NCBI GenBank assembly: GCA_963799775.1
Contig: CAWCYD010000003.1
Span: 192,001 to 256,000, forward strand
Direction of reading: 5' to 3'
Source of the DNA: an uncultured archaeon
GTDB lineage: Archaea > Thermoproteota > Nitrososphaeria > Nitrososphaerales > Gagatemarchaeaceae
DNA length: 64,000 bases
Part shown: in pieces, positions 41,826 to 53,650 of the stretch
Layout of the letters: each line of letters starts with the position of its first letter
Numbering within the stretch: position 1 is the first letter of the stretch
Notes under the pieces: generated by a model
What the model saw: only the letters and a program-made list of their open reading frames with translations
Told to the model about the DNA's origin: nothing
The model's database searches: none
Translations under genes and position numbers: made by a program

Positions 41826-42041
41826 GGGGCGACTTTGCGACAGGTCGTTTAGAACTTATGCGTCGACCGTTATGGCGAAGCCAAGGTTAGAAGAGTCGGG
41901 CGTCCGCCACCTTTCTGACCGAGAATTCGTGAATCGAAGAAGTCTTATGAACGCGCCGAACATGCTCCTTCACGACCATTGTCCTCTCACGGGGGACTCG
42001 AAGAAGACGGATTGCGTGCGCGAAACGATGAGTTGGTCAAA

Positions 42042-42155
42042 ATGACCGAGCAGATGCATACTGCTCGATATGGTGGAATCTACTCTAACAGCGGCGGCCA
42101 ACCTTGGTCATACTGGATTTTCTGGGACGGACAAGACTACCGAATCGCCCATTGA
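42042..42155 (+). CDS. Putative trp operon leader peptide MTEQMHTARYGGIYSNSGGQPWSYWIFWDGQDYRIAH
   Basis: 37 codons with 3 Trp, 4 Tyr, 1 Phe, directly upstream of trpE. Confidence 0.7.
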   Translation: MTEQMHTARYGGIYSNSGGQPWSYWIFWDGQDYRIAH

Positions 42156-42216
42156 GGGTCAATTTATCACCCGATGCGGGACAGCCGCGAAAGTCACCCA
42201 AGAACGGGACAATACC

Positions 42217-42234
42217 CATTTATGGGCATAAATG
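42217..42234. promoter_or_regulatory. Palindrome CATTTATG-GG-CATAAATG upstream of trpE
   Basis: Perfect 8-bp inverted repeat beside TATA-like sequence. Confidence 0.55.
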
Positions 42235-42277
42235 ATTATTAGTGTTCATTCCTCGTGCCATCCTGAGCGTAGAATGG

Positions 42278-43716
42278 GTGACCACTTTTGGCAGCGAGCT
42301 CAGACTTGCCCGACAATCGCTGAAAGCTGAAAGGCTGAGGACGACCGATTCTCCCCGAGGGCTCTTCGTCAAGGTCCAGGAAGAGTTCGAGAACGCGTTC
42401 CTTCTAGAGTCTGCCATAGGAGAGCAGAGACTCGCGGAATACTCCTTCATCGGCTTTGGCCCGGGAACGCTCCTGAGTCTCAAGGACGGCCGGATTGATG
42501 CGCGTTCATCCGACGGAAGCAAGGACAGCTTACAGACCGACGAGCCGCTCGAGGACCTCAAGCGACTCCTCTCAATCCCGATCCCTTCAGGTCTGCGAGC
42601 GCGAAGCCCGTTCAGGTTCATCGGGGGCGCCGTCGGCTACATCTCCTATGACTCTGTGCGGTATTGGGAGCGGCTGCCAGTCAAAGCGAAGGATGACCTG
42701 TCGCTCCCCGACATGGAGTTCGGCATCTATACCGATGGGATCGCCTTCGACCACATCGGCAAGACGATCCACTACTATTCGCTGGGCAAAGAGAACCGAC
42801 TAGACCTGGTCCAGCGGTTGCTCCGCGCCAGCCCTCCGGAACGCGAGGGGCTCGAAGCTCGAGGCGTCGCGAGGCCGACGGTGGAAAAACCCAGGTTCGA
42901 GTCGATGGTCGAGGCAGCGAAGAGACAGATCACTGCGGGTGACATCTTCCAGGTCGTCCTCTCCAAGCGCTACGACTTCCAGCTGGAAGGCGACCTCTCC
43001 GTCTTCTACGAGGCGCTGAGCGAGATCAACCCTTCCCCCTACATGTACTTCCTGAAGTTCGGGGACCGTAAGATCGTAGGCTCCAGCCCCGAGATGCTGG
43101 TGAGGGTCGAGAACCGGCAGGTCGAGACCTTCCCAATCGCCGGTACGCGCCCTCATCTCATGGACAAGGCTGAGAACGCGAAGCTCACCAAGGAGATGCT
43201 CGCCGACCCCAAGGAGAAGGCGGAGCACGTGATGCTCGTCGACCTCGCGAGGAACGACGTCGGAAGGGTCGCGAAGTACGGGACGGTCAAGGTCCCCGAG
43301 CTGCTGACCGTCCAGCAGTTCAGCCACGTCCAGCACATCGTCTCGAGGGTGGTCGGGGCACTCAGGCCCGAGTTCAACTCTTTCGACGCGATGCGCGCGA
43401 TGTTCCCCGCCGGGACTGTCTCTGGCGCCCCAAAGCCCCGCGCGATGGAGATCATCGAGGAGATCGAACCGGTCAGGAGGGTCCCTACGCGGGGGCGCTC
43501 GGATACTTCTCGTTCAACGGGAACGCCGACTTTGCCATCACGATCAGGACACTCGTCGCCAGGGGGTCGAAGTGTAGCATCCAGTCAGGAGCCGGGATCG
43601 TCGCGGACTCTGACCCGTCGAAGGAATGGCACGAGACAGAGGCCAAGGCAGCCGGTCTGATGAGGGCGGTCGAGAAGGCGACCGGCAGCAAACTGAGGGG
43701 GGCCTCGGGGAGATGA
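42278..43716 (+). CDS. trpE: Anthranilate synthase component I (indels near 43480-43500; start uncertain)
   Basis: FLLES, GDIFQVVLS, NPSPYM, SSPE, EHVMLVDLARND, FPAGTVSGAPK. Confidence 0.95.
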
Positions 43717-44299
43717 AGGTCCATCGTGATCGACAACTACGACTCGTTCGTCTACAACCTGGCCCAGTACGTCGGTGAGCTCGGCGGGACCCGCACGTCT
43801 TCCGGAACGACAAGATCACTCTCGCCCAGGTGCGCGACATGGCGCCGGACCGCATCATCATCTCTCCCGGTCCCGGTCATCCTGCGGACGCCCGCTACTT
43901 CGGGGTCTGCCAGAAAGGTCCATCCAGGAGGTGAGCCCAGGCGTCCCGACCCTCGGGGTCTGCTTGGGCCATCAGGGCATAGGGACCTCTTTCGGGGCGC
44001 ACGTAAGCGGAGCCTCAAGGCTGATGCACGGCAAGACGAGCAGGATCCTCCACGACGGGCAGGGGGTGCTCAAGGGCGTGAAGAACCCGTTCGAAGCGAC
44101 CCGTTACCATTCTCTTGCGATAAACAAGGACGACATCCCCCCCGAGCTCAAGGTGACGGCCCTATCGATGGACGACGCGGAGATAATGGGGATAAGGCAC
44201 AGGAAGTATCCCATCGAGGGGGTCCAGTTCCACCCCGAGTCGATTATGACTCCCGAGGGCAAGAAGATAATCAGGAACTTCCTGAGAGGGTCGCGATGA
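43713..44299 (+). CDS. trpG: Anthranilate synthase component II (several indels)
   Basis: [36 protein letters not shown]. Confidence 0.93.
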
Positions 44300-45375
44300 C
44301 GCCCGTCCAAGACGCCATCCAGCAGATCTTGGATGGCAGGTGCAACCTCTCAGGCGAGACCATCGCCGCCTGTGTCAAGGACATCGCAGAGGGGGCCGCG
44401 ACGCCCGCCCAGGTAGCGGGGTTCCTGGTGGCCCTGAGGAAGAAGGGAGAGACCGTGGAAGAAATAGCCGCACTCGCCTCGGCTCTGAGGGGTTACAGCA
44501 CGATGAAGGAACGGCCCGTGGTAAAGGGGAGGATGGTGGACACCTGCGGCACCGGCGGCGACACTCTGAAGACCCCGAACGTCAGCACCATGTCCTCGTT
44601 CGTCGCGGCCGGCGCGGGAGCCGTCGTCGCGAAGCACGGTGGCCGCTCTGTCACGAGCAAGTCAGGGAGCGCCGACGTCTTGGAGCGCCTCGGCTTCAAC
44701 CTCGCCATGGAGCCCTCACGCGTCAAGGACTCGATCGAGCAGATAGGCATCGGCTTCATGTTCGCCCCGTCGTTCCACCCCGCGATGAAGCATGTCGCTC
44801 CCGTCAGGAAGGAGCTGGGCGTGAGGACGGTCTTCAACCTGATGGGGCCCCTGATCAACCCGGCGCGCGTCGACGCGCAGCTCGTGGGACTCTACTCGGC
44901 TGCCCTCGTCCCCCAGGTGGCAGCGGTGCTGGGCAGACTGGGCCTCGAGGAGGCGTTTGTCGTCCACGGGATGGAGGGCGTCGACGAGATCTCCGTCACA
45001 GGCAAGACGATGGTCTCACACCTCAAGGGCGGGCGCGTAGAGTCACGCGAGTATCTTCCGAAGGATTTCGGGCTCCGAGACGGGCCCCTCGTGCCCAGGA
45101 CGAGCCCGTCTGATGCCGACGAGGGAGCGATGCTCGCCCTCTCGATCCTGAGCGGAGACTGCAGCGAGCGCGACTATGGGCGACTGATGGTGCTGGCGAA
45201 CAGCGCCGCCTGCCTGGTGCTCGCGGAGAGGGCCGACAGCTTCTCCGAGGGGATAGAGCTCGCCTCCGTTTCCATAAAGAGCGGCAAGGCGATGTCGAAG
45301 CTCGAGGAGCTGGTGAAGTTCAGCGGAGGGAGCCTCGAGGCTGCGAGGGAGAGCTATGCAAAGAAGAAAGACTGA
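44296..45375 (+). CDS. trpD: Anthranilate phosphoribosyltransferase
   Basis: DTCGTGGD, NVST, KHGGRSVTSKSGSAD, RTVFNLMGPL. Confidence 0.96.
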   Translation: MTPVQDAIQQILDGRCNLSGETIAACVKDIAEGAATPAQVAGFLVALRKKGETVEEIAALASALRGYSTMKERPVVKGRMVDTCGTGGDTLKTPNVSTMSSFVAAGAGAVVAKHGGRSVTSKSGSADVLERLGFNLAMEPSRVKDSIEQIGIGFMFAPSFHPAMKHVAPVRKELGVRTVFNLMGPLINPARVDAQLVGLYSAALVPQVAAVLGRLGLEEAFVVHGMEGVDEISVTGKTMVSHLKGGRVESREYLPKDFGLRDGPLVPRTSPSDADEGAMLALSILSGDCSERDYGRLMVLANSAACLVLAERADSFSEGIELASVSIKSGKAMSKLEELVKFSGGSLEAARESYAKKKD

Positions 45376-46190
45376 TGCCAATTTCATCTTCACGCTAGCC
45401 GACACTGCTTCCGAGACCATCGAGAGCGGATACTACGAGGGTCTTGACGCCAAGGCGGCGCGCGGCCTGAAGCACAGGAGCCTCAAGGCTTCGCTGGCGA
45501 CGTCGAAGCTGACGCCGGTCATCGCCGAGATTAAATTCACCTCCCCCGCCGAGGGCGAGCTGAGGAAACCTGGCGACGTCAGGAAGATCGCCCGGGCCTA
45601 CGAGCGCGGGGGGGTCTCTGGAATCTCCGTCCTGACGGAGCCGAGACACTTCGACGGTGACATCCGCTACCTCCCCCTGGTCAAGAAGTCCGTCAAAGTG
45701 CCGGTGCTGATGAAAGACATCGTCATCGACCCCGTGCAGGTCGATGCGGGCGCCAAGATGGGCGCGGACGCCATTCTCTTCATCGCGGCAATATTCATGA
45801 ATAGGCTCGCAAGGGCAGGCCTCGGAGAGATGCTCAATCTTGCCAAGAGCCGGGGTCTCGAGGTCCCTGATGGAGGCACACACAGAGAACGAGTTCATGT
45901 ACGCCCTCGAGTCCGGGGCGGACGTCGTGGGGATAAACAACAGGGACTTGGACACGCTGGATGTGTCGCTCTCGACATCGAAGAGGCTCCTCGCCGTGGC
46001 ACGGCAAGGGAAGGCGCGAGAAGGGATAAGCAAGGACAAGCTCGTCATCTCTGAGAGCGGCATCACGACGAGAGAGGAGATCCTCCAACTGAGCGAGCTA
46101 GGGGCTGACGGGTTCCTCATAGGGAGCGCTCTCATGAAATCCGGGGACATCGAGGAGAAGGTCAGGTCGCTCACGGGAGCAGCGGATTGA
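45356..46190 (+). CDS. trpC: Indole-3-glycerol phosphate synthase (indel near 45865)
   Basis: IAEIKFTSP, SVLTEP, GINNRDL, ISESGI, LIGSALM. Confidence 0.95.
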
Positions 46191-46861
46191 CCCGCGTGAA
46201 GATATGCGGCATCACCCGCGAGGAGGACGTCGATGCTGTCGTCGACGCCGGCGCGGACGCCCTCGGGTTCGTCTCAGGCTTCCCCAACTCTCCCAGAAAC
46301 CTCACGGTCTCAAGGGCGGCCTCGCTCATCTCGAGGGCCCCACCCTTCGTCACGCCGGTCCTTGTGGCGACCGCCCAGACGCTCGTGGAGCACTCTGACG
46401 AGATCAAGAGGTGTGCCCCGAAGGCGATACAACTCTACGGGAACGCGTTCTCTCAGGCGTCCATCAGGCCCTCTTTCCACGCGTACCTGCTGCGGCCCTG
46501 CGCTGTCGCCCACGACGTGGGTGACGAAGGCCTCGCGGCGCTAGAGAAGATCAAGGAGACGGTCAAGGGTTACGACGCCATCCTCACGGACGCCCACCGC
46601 GAAGGCTACGACGGCGGGACCGGCCTGACGTCTGACTGGAACTTCTGCTCCGCGATAAGGAAGAGCATCGCGCCGATGCCCCTGATCCTCTCCGGAGGTC
46701 TGAGGCCCGAGAACGTCGAGCTTGCGATAGCGACAGTCTCGCCCTTCTGCGTCGACGTCTCGTCCGGGGTGGAGTCTGCGCCAGGCGTCAAGGACCACTC
46801 GAAGGTCAAGACCTTCGTCACCAACGCCAACAAGGCTGAAGAGAGGCGGGTGGCTCCATGA
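46187..46861 (+). CDS. trpF: Phosphoribosylanthranilate isomerase
   Basis: [31 protein letters not shown]. Confidence 0.95.
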   Translation: MTRVKICGITREEDVDAVVDAGADALGFVSGFPNSPRNLTVSRAASLISRAPPFVTPVLVATAQTLVEHSDEIKRCAPKAIQLYGNAFSQASIRPSFHAYLLRPCAVAHDVGDEGLAALEKIKETVKGYDAILTDAHREGYDGGTGLTSDWNFCSAIRKSIAPMPLILSGGLRPENVELAIATVSPFCVDVSSGVESAPGVKDHSKVKTFVTNANKAEERRVAP

Positions 46862-46862
46862 C

Positions 46863-48086
46863 ATGACCTCGCGGAAGAGCAGCAAGGGCGAGAAGAACAA
46901 GTCCAAAGACTATCCGACCAACGGGAAGTTCGGGGGCTTCGGAGGGCAGTTCGTCCCCGAGACGCTTGTCCCGGCGGTCCAGGAGCTCGAGAAGGCGTAC
47001 CTTTCCGCACGCAAGGACAAGGCGTTCCAGGCCGAGCTCAGCAGGCTTCTGCGAGACTACGCCGGCAGGCCGACGCCCCTCTACCTCTGTGCCAACCTCA
47101 CGACGCACGCGGGCGCGGCGAGGATATTCCTCAAGAGGGAAGACCTCCTTCACGGGGGTGCCCATAAGATCAACAACACGCTCGGGCAGGCGCTGCTAGC
47201 CAAGAAGATGGGCAAGCAGAGGATAATAGCAGAGACGGGGGCCGGCCAGCACGGCGTCGCGACGGCGATGGCCTGCGCAGCGCTCGGCCTCAAGGCCGAG
47301 ATCTACATGGGGTCCGAGGACGTGGAGAGACAGAAGCTCAACGTCTACAGGATGAAGCTCCTCGGAGCCCAGGTGCACCCCGTCGAGAGCGGGTCCAAGA
47401 CGCTCAAGGACGCCATCAACGAGGCTCTCAGGGACTGGGTGACGAACGTGGGTTCCACCTACTACCTCCTGGGCTCGGTCGTGGGCCCTCATCCCTACCC
47501 GGTCATGGTCAGAGACTTCCAAAGCGTCATAGGAGACGAGGTCAAGGCAGAGTTCAAGAAGACAGGGAAAGGCCTTCCAGATGCGATCGTCGCCTGCGTC
47601 GGGGGCGGGAGCAACGCGATGGGGAGCTTCCACGCCTTCGAGGGTGACCCGAAGGTGAAGCTCTATGGCGTCGAGGCCGGCGGGATGGGGGCGGGGAGGA
47701 ACGCGGCACCCCTCATCGAAGGGAGAAAAGGCGTCCTCCATGGCATGATGACATACGTCCTCCAGGACGAGCACGGCCAAGTCCGCGGCACAGAGAGCAT
47801 CTCGGCGGGCCTCGACTACCCGGGAGTGGGCCCTGAGCACTCCTTCCTGAAGGAGACCGGGAGGGCCACCTATGTCTCAGTGACCGACGACGAAGCCGTC
47901 GGAGCCTTCCACCTCCTCTCCGAAAAGGAGGGGATCATCCCCGCGCTCGAGTCGGCCCACGCGGTCGCATACGCGGTGAAGCTGGCTGGAAGGATGGGCA
48001 AGACCCAGTCGGTTGTCGTCACGCTCTCAGGTAGGGGTGACAAGGACGTGCAGCAGGTCGCGAGAAGAGAGGGCACGGAGCTCTGA
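46863..48086 (+). CDS. trpB: Tryptophan synthase beta chain (TrpB1)
   Basis: [47 protein letters not shown]. Confidence 0.97.
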   Translation: MTSRKSSKGEKNKSKDYPTNGKFGGFGGQFVPETLVPAVQELEKAYLSARKDKAFQAELSRLLRDYAGRPTPLYLCANLTTHAGAARIFLKREDLLHGGAHKINNTLGQALLAKKMGKQRIIAETGAGQHGVATAMACAALGLKAEIYMGSEDVERQKLNVYRMKLLGAQVHPVESGSKTLKDAINEALRDWVTNVGSTYYLLGSVVGPHPYPVMVRDFQSVIGDEVKAEFKKTGKGLPDAIVACVGGGSNAMGSFHAFEGDPKVKLYGVEAGGMGAGRNAAPLIEGRKGVLHGMMTYVLQDEHGQVRGTESISAGLDYPGVGPEHSFLKETGRATYVSVTDDEAVGAFHLLSEKEGIIPALESAHAVAYAVKLAGRMGKTQSVVVTLSGRGDKDVQQVARREGTEL

Positions 48087-48902
48087 GCCCCATCTCCTCG
48101 GTCTTCGCCAAGCTCTCAGGAGAGGCAGCCCTCGTGGCCTACGTCATGGGAGGCGACCCCGACCTGGCGGCGTCTGCCCACGTGATCGACGCGGTGATCC
48201 GCGGGGGCGCTGACATCGTGGAGGTTGGCCTACCGTTCTCCGACCCGATCGCGGACGGCAAGTCGATACAGGCCGCAGATGTCCGAGCCCTGTCGTCAGG
48301 CTCCACCCCGGCAAAGGTCATGAGCGTCATCTCGAGCGTCAAGGCGCGTCATCCGGAGGTGCACCATCGTCGCCATGACGTACTACAACATACTCTACTC
48401 CAACGGCGTCGAGAAGTTCCTGCTGCAGGCGAAGAGCGGCGGAGTCGACGGGATGATCGTCCCCGACCTGCCTTTGGAGGAGGTCGCAGACTACCATCGG
48501 ATCGCAAGGTCGCTTGGACTGGATACGATACTCTTGGCGGCCCCTACCACTCCTCCAGAGAGGATGCGGAGGATCGTCGAGCAGACGTCGGGATTCCTAT
48601 ACCTTGTCTCACTCATGGGCGTTACGGGGGCGCGCCCAGGGGTCGAGGAGAGCAGCCTCGAGCTGGTCAAGAACGCGAAGAAGTTCGCAAAGGAAAGGAA
48701 CGTCCCCCTCGGCGTGGGTTTCGGCATATCGACGCCAGACCAGGTCCGGGCCATGGTCGAAGCTGGCGCTGACGCCGTGATAGTCGGAAGCGGAATCGTG
48801 GACAAGGTCGCGGGCTACGACTCTGCCGGGAGCTCGGTCTCGCTCGTGAAGATCGCCGAATACGTGCGAGCGCTGAAGGAAGCTACCAGAAAGAAGAGCT
48901 AA
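48083..48902 (+). CDS. trpA: Tryptophan synthase alpha chain (probable CTG start; indel near 48360)
   Basis: [34 protein letters not shown]. Confidence 0.95.
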
Positions 48903-48914
48903 ACAGATAACTCG

Positions 48915-49776
48915 TCAACGAGCGCTGTAGACTTCCCTTATCGCCGCCTTGCCCTTCCTGCCAGAGGCGTAGGTCTTCGCGAGCCTCCCGAACTCCGTCC
49001 TGAACGCGTCCCAGTCGGACCCTTCCACGACCTCGATGGCTCTCCTGAGCTCACGCAGGGCCTCTCTTCCGACCTTCCTGGTGTAGCCGTTCGAGGCCTG
49101 TATGGCGAACGAGAGCCGCGGGTCTTGGGCAAGGATCGCCTCCGCCAGCGTCATCTGCATGGAGGAGTTCGGCGTCGAGATCCTGTCGAACTCATCCGGC
49201 GAGAGGAACTTTGCCATCGTCCCCGCGTACACCAGGTTCAGCAGGTGCGTGAGAGAGAGCACGGCTGCCATCGCCTGGTCGTGCTCCTTCCTCGTCATCG
49301 GGATTATCCGCGCACCGGGGAACAGCCTCTTTGCGAGCGAGGCCTCAGTACCAGGCCTTCCTCCCTCCTTCTTCACTATGACGGCTAGCTTCATCCCGTC
49401 CGCGGACTCGAGCGCAGGGCCGAAGAGAGGATGTATGGACAGCAGAGAGACCCTCTCCCCCGCCAATTTCCTGAGAGCCGGCAAGGTCTCCCCCTTGACG
49501 GACATGATATCGATCAGGGTAGACCCTCGCTTCATCTTGGGGACGGCCTCCTCTGCCACCTTCAAGGTGCTCTCGATGGGGACTGCCATCAGGACGAGGT
49601 CGCAGCCTCTCACGGCCTCAGAGTTCGAGGCGGCGCTCTTGACGTGTACACCTCGGGGCGACTGCCTCCTCGCCTTTCTCGAATCGAACCCGCGCACCGT
49701 GTCTCCTTTCTCGATGAAGTACCTCGCGAAGAAGGGCACCCATCCCGCCCCCTGCTCCGAGGACGGCGACCTTCAA
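48915..49776 (-). CDS. tyrA: Prephenate/arogenate dehydrogenase (indel near 49740)
   Basis: KVAVLGAGGGMG, DIMSVK, SIHPLFGP, HDQAMA..LSLTH. Confidence 0.9.
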
Positions 49777-51194
49777 CTCAGCATTTCGCCTATCTTCCTA
49801 ACCCCGGCGGTGAGGGTCTCTTGAGGCTGACCGAGGGAGATCCTGAAGCATCTGGGGTAGTCTCCGAACCCGGTGCCAGGGCTGATGGTGACCCCCTTCT
49901 TCTCCAGGAGCTCCATCGCGAAGGACGAGGAGTCGAACGCCGGGTCCTTTGCCTGTGGGAACGCGTAGATCGCTCCCTCGGGCTTGAGAATCTCGAGGGC
50001 GTCTATCTTCTCTATCTCCGCGGTCGTCGCGTCTATCCTCTCTTTCATCACGCGCGAGTTCCTCGAGACTTCCTCGGCGCAGTCGAGCGCCTTCGCCGCA
50101 CCCCTCTGGATGAACTCAGGGACGCAAGTGATCATGAGCCCGAGGATCTTGAGCATCTTCGCGCTCGTCTCAGGCGGAGCCAGAGAGTAGCCTATCCTGA
50201 ATCCCGTCATGCTCCACGCCTTGGAGAACGACGACGTGAGGACGTACTTCTTGGGCAGCCTCTCGAGGATGCTCGGGCACGGTTTGTAGGCGTAGTCGTT
50301 GTAGATCTCGTCGCTTATCACCGTGAGGCCATGGTCGTCGGCGATCTCGACTATCTCGCCGAAGCGCCTCTTGTCCATTATCTTCCCCGTCGGGTTGGAA
50401 GGATAGCTCAAGACGATCGCCTTGGTGTTGGGCTTTATCGCAGCCTCGACCCTCTCTGGCGACGGCTCCCACCCTTCCTCCATCGTGGTCGGGATGGTGA
50501 TCGCTCGGACTCCGATGAACTCAAGGCCCTCCTTGTACGCGGGCCAGTTGGGCTCGATCACTATCACGCTGTCCCCTTCAGCGGCGACGGTCGCGAGCGC
50601 GGAATACACGGCGAACCTCCCTCCCGGGGTCACGATGAGCTGGCTCTCCGCGGCCTGGAAGTCGTGCCTCCTGGCGAGGTATGCGCGGAGCGCCGACAGC
50701 AGCTCCGGTATTCCGCGCCCGACGGTGTAGTATGTCTTGTAGGAGTACAAGGCCTCGGAGACCGCATCGAGGACCGCCTTTGGAGGACGGAAGTCGGGCT
50801 CCCCGACGTCGAGGCGGATGAGCTTCTTCCCGCTCTTCTCTATCTCCGTCGCCTTGGCCATCATCATCATCGGCGTGATGAAGGTCTGCTTCTTCGCCGC
50901 CCCCACGCTGCGCTGCGCGGTCTTGGATTCCCTGAGCAGCGTGCTTAGGATCTTCAGGCCTAGCTCTTGGTCCAGGCCTATTCTCTTGCAGTCGCTGATC
51001 ACCTCTTGGAGGAGGGCGTCCTCGACCTTCTCGTTGTCGATGGGGAGCGACTCCCGGCTCTTCACCTGGCCTATCTTCTTCGAGAGCTCCACCCGCTTCG
51101 CGACGAGCTCGATTATCTCACTCGTCGTCTCCGCGACCTCTTCTCGAAGGCTCCTGAGCTCCGACTCTGTCTCCTCGACCCCGCTGCTAGTCAT
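49773..51194 (-). CDS. Chorismate mutase (AroQ)-class I aminotransferase fusion
   Basis: N-terminal LRSLREEV...KRVELSKKIGQVK; GEPDF, PSNPTG, SDEIY, SFSKAWSMTGFRIG. Confidence 0.9.
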   Translation of the reverse strand: MTSSGVEETESELRSLREEVAETTSEIIELVAKRVELSKKIGQVKSRESLPIDNEKVEDALLQEVISDCKRIGLDQELGLKILSTLLRESKTAQRSVGAAKKQTFITPMMMMAKATEIEKSGKKLIRLDVGEPDFRPPKAVLDAVSEALYSYKTYYTVGRGIPELLSALRAYLARRHDFQAAESQLIVTPGGRFAVYSALATVAAEGDSVIVIEPNWPAYKEGLEFIGVRAITIPTTMEEGWEPSPERVEAAIKPNTKAIVLSYPSNPTGKIMDKRRFGEIVEIADDHGLTVISDEIYNDYAYKPCPSILERLPKKYVLTSSFSKAWSMTGFRIGYSLAPPETSAKMLKILGLMITCVPEFIQRGAAKALDCAEEVSRNSRVMKERIDATTAEIEKIDALEILKPEGAIYAFPQAKDPAFDSSSFAMELLEKKGVTISPGTGFGDYPRCFRISLGQPQETLTAGVRKIGEMLS

Positions 51195-52309
51195 TGCTTC
51201 TTCTTTCGCCTTCCCAGCACCGGGGAGATAAACCCGGCTCTCAGCGCGTGGTCGGCCAGCACGATTGCGGTGCAGCACTCGACGATGGGGACCGCCCGCG
51301 GGACGACTACCGGGTCGTGCCTTCCCGGGACCACGAGCTCTACTTCCTTCTTGGTCGAGAGGTCGACGGTCTTCTGCTTCTTGGCTATCGACGCCGGGGG
51401 CTTGAAGGCCAGCCTGTAGACGATCGGCATCCCGCTCGACACCCCTCCTACGATCCCACCTGAGTTGTTCGTCTGAGTCACTATCTTCCCAGAGGCGTCC
51501 AGGCGGTACTGGTCGTTGTTCTCGCTACCCTTGAGCCGGGTCGAGGCGAATCCAGAGCCGAACTCAACCCCCTTCACGGCGGGGATCGAGAGAGCCATCT
51601 GCGCAAGGTCAGAGTCGAGGGAGTCGAAGACAGGCTCGCCGAGTCCCACGGGGACGTTGAGCGCCACGCACTCGACCACGCCACCGAGGCTGTCCCCCTC
51701 CCCTCTGCTCTTGATCACCATCTGTTTCATCTTCTCCGCCACCTCTGGGTCAGGGCTCCGGACCTCGTTCGAGTATCTGTTCTTGCGGGCCTCGTCTATC
51801 GTGAACCCCTCGGCCCGCAGGCCCCCCAGCTCGAGCGTGTACGCGATTATCTCGACCCCTAGTGTCTCCTTCAACAGCTTCTTTGCCAGGGCACCTGCCA
51901 TGACGAACCCCGCCGTCACCCTCGCGGAGGCCCTTCCGCTCCCTCTGTAGTCGTTGAAGCCGCCATACTTGGTCCTGTGGGAGAGGTCGGCGTGGCTCGG
52001 TCGGGGAGTGTTGACCATCGCCTCGTAAGACCTCGAGTCCACGTCGAGGTTGCGGATCATCATCATGATGGGAGCGCCGGTCGTGTGGCCGTCGAACACG
52101 CCAGAGAATATCTCTACGACGTCTCCTTCCTTCCTCTGAGTGGTGACGATCGATTGGCCCGGTCGCCTGAGGTCGAGGTCAGGCTGGATGTCCGCCTCGG
52201 ATAGGGCCAGCCCCGCCGGCACGCCGTCCACCACGATCCCCACGCCCTTGCCGTGGCTCTCTCCGAAGCTGATCACCGCGAACCTCTCGCCGAAGATGTT
52301 GCCGGGCAT
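51191..52309 (-). CDS. aroC: Chorismate synthase
   Basis: FGESHG, RRPGQS, PRPSHAD, RASARVT, GRHDP. Confidence 0.97.
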   Translation of the reverse strand: MPGNIFGERFAVISFGESHGKGVGIVVDGVPAGLALSEADIQPDLDLRRPGQSIVTTQRKEGDVVEIFSGVFDGHTTGAPIMMMIRNLDVDSRSYEAMVNTPRPSHADLSHRTKYGGFNDYRGSGRASARVTAGFVMAGALAKKLLKETLGVEIIAYTLELGGLRAEGFTIDEARKNRYSNEVRSPDPEVAEKMKQMVIKSRGEGDSLGGVVECVALNVPVGLGEPVFDSLDSDLAQMALSIPAVKGVEFGSGFASTRLKGSENNDQYRLDASGKIVTQTNNSGGIVGGVSSGMPIVYRLAFKPPASIAKKQKTVDLSTKKEVELVVPGRHDPVVVPRAVPIVECCTAIVLADHALRAGFISPVLGRRKKKQ

Positions 52310-52310
52310 G

Positions 52311-53650
52311 CTAGTCGCTGCTCACCCTAGCCCCGAGCTTCTTGAGGTCTTCCAGGAACGTCGGATACGAGACGTCGAGGCTCTCGACACCGACGATCGG
52401 GGTCCTCCCGGGATCAGCATCGACGCCAGTGAGAAGGCCATGAACATCCTGTGGTCGTCGTGCGCGTCGAGGGCGGCCGGTTCGAGCTTCCCTCTGACGG
52501 GCGCTATCCTCAGTCCGTCGGGCCTCTCCTTCACGCTCGCTCCAAGCTTCGAGAGCTCCTTCGCGACTATCGCGATTCTGTCGGTCTCCTTGAACCTGGC
52601 GTGTGCCGTCCCCACCACCTCCACGGGCGTGTCGCACCTCAGAGCCAGCGCCGCGACGACCGGGAGAAGGTCCGGGGTGTCCCCGAGGTCGAATGACCCG
52701 CCCAGCAGGGTGTCGCCGTCCGAGGAGACGACCAGGCCGTCCTTCTCTTGGGTCACGTTCGCTCCCATCTTCTTGACTATCTCAGTTATCCGAGCGTCTC
52801 CCTGAGGCAGGCTGGCGTCGAGGTTCTCGATTCTCACCCTTCCTCCTATCATCGCGACCGCCGCGATGATGAAGGACGCCGAGCTAAAGTCCGCGGGCAC
52901 GGTGAAGTCCGCGCTCCTGTATTCTTGGCCGGATCTGACCTCGAACTCCGCGTACCCCTTGTTCGAGGCCTTCACTCCAAAGTGCGCCGCGAGCCTCAGC
53001 GTCATCTCGATGTAAGGCCTTGAGACGGCGTCCGCGACCTTGAGCGTCGTGTCTATCTCCGCCATGGGGCTCGAGATGAGGAGCGACGAGACGAACTGCG
53101 AAGAGACGTCCCCCCGGATGGACGCCCTCCCACCTCGCATCCCTCCTGACTTGATTATCACGGGGGCGCACCCGTTCCCCCTGGAGCTCCATCCCTGGAC
53201 CCCAAGCTGCCCTAGGGTGTCCAGGAGGGGCTGCATCGGCCTCCTCCTTATGCTAGAGTCCCCGGTGAGGACGACGAAGCCTTCTGGGGCGAGCGAGAAC
53301 GCGGAGGTCATGAACCTGAGCGTCGTCCCCGAGTTCTCGACGTTGACGACGTCGTCGGGGACCATCGGCTTCGTGCCCTTGATGACTAGCATCCCTTGTC
53401 GCCTCTCCATCTCTGCCCCCATCGCGGCGCAGGCGGACACGGTGGCGTTGGTGTCTCGGGAGAGCAGCGGGTTTCGTATCTTCGAACTTCCCGCCCTCCC
53501 CGCGGACTGCGCCAGGCTCGCGATGAGCACGGCTCTGTGCGTGTAGCTCTTGCTCGGCGGCACCGAGACGCTCCCGCTCAACTTCCCCGCCGCGAGGGCC
53601 CTCGTCGCGTGGACGGAGGCAGCCCTAGCCAACAGAGAGCAGCCTCCCAT
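52311..53650 (-). CDS. aroA: EPSP synthase (indel near 52400)
   Basis: PPSKSYTHR, NSGTT, RPM, SSQFVS, KETDR, DHR, SYPTF. Confidence 0.95.

Noticed and set aside
41950-42230. T-box riboswitch upstream of trpE
   Set aside because: No T-box consensus (GGTGGNACC) or terminator/antiterminator pair found by eye
43726-45375. TrpG-TrpD fusion suggested by the 549-aa ORF
   Set aside because: Artefact of trpG indels; trpG has its own stop overlapping the trpD ATG at 44296-44299
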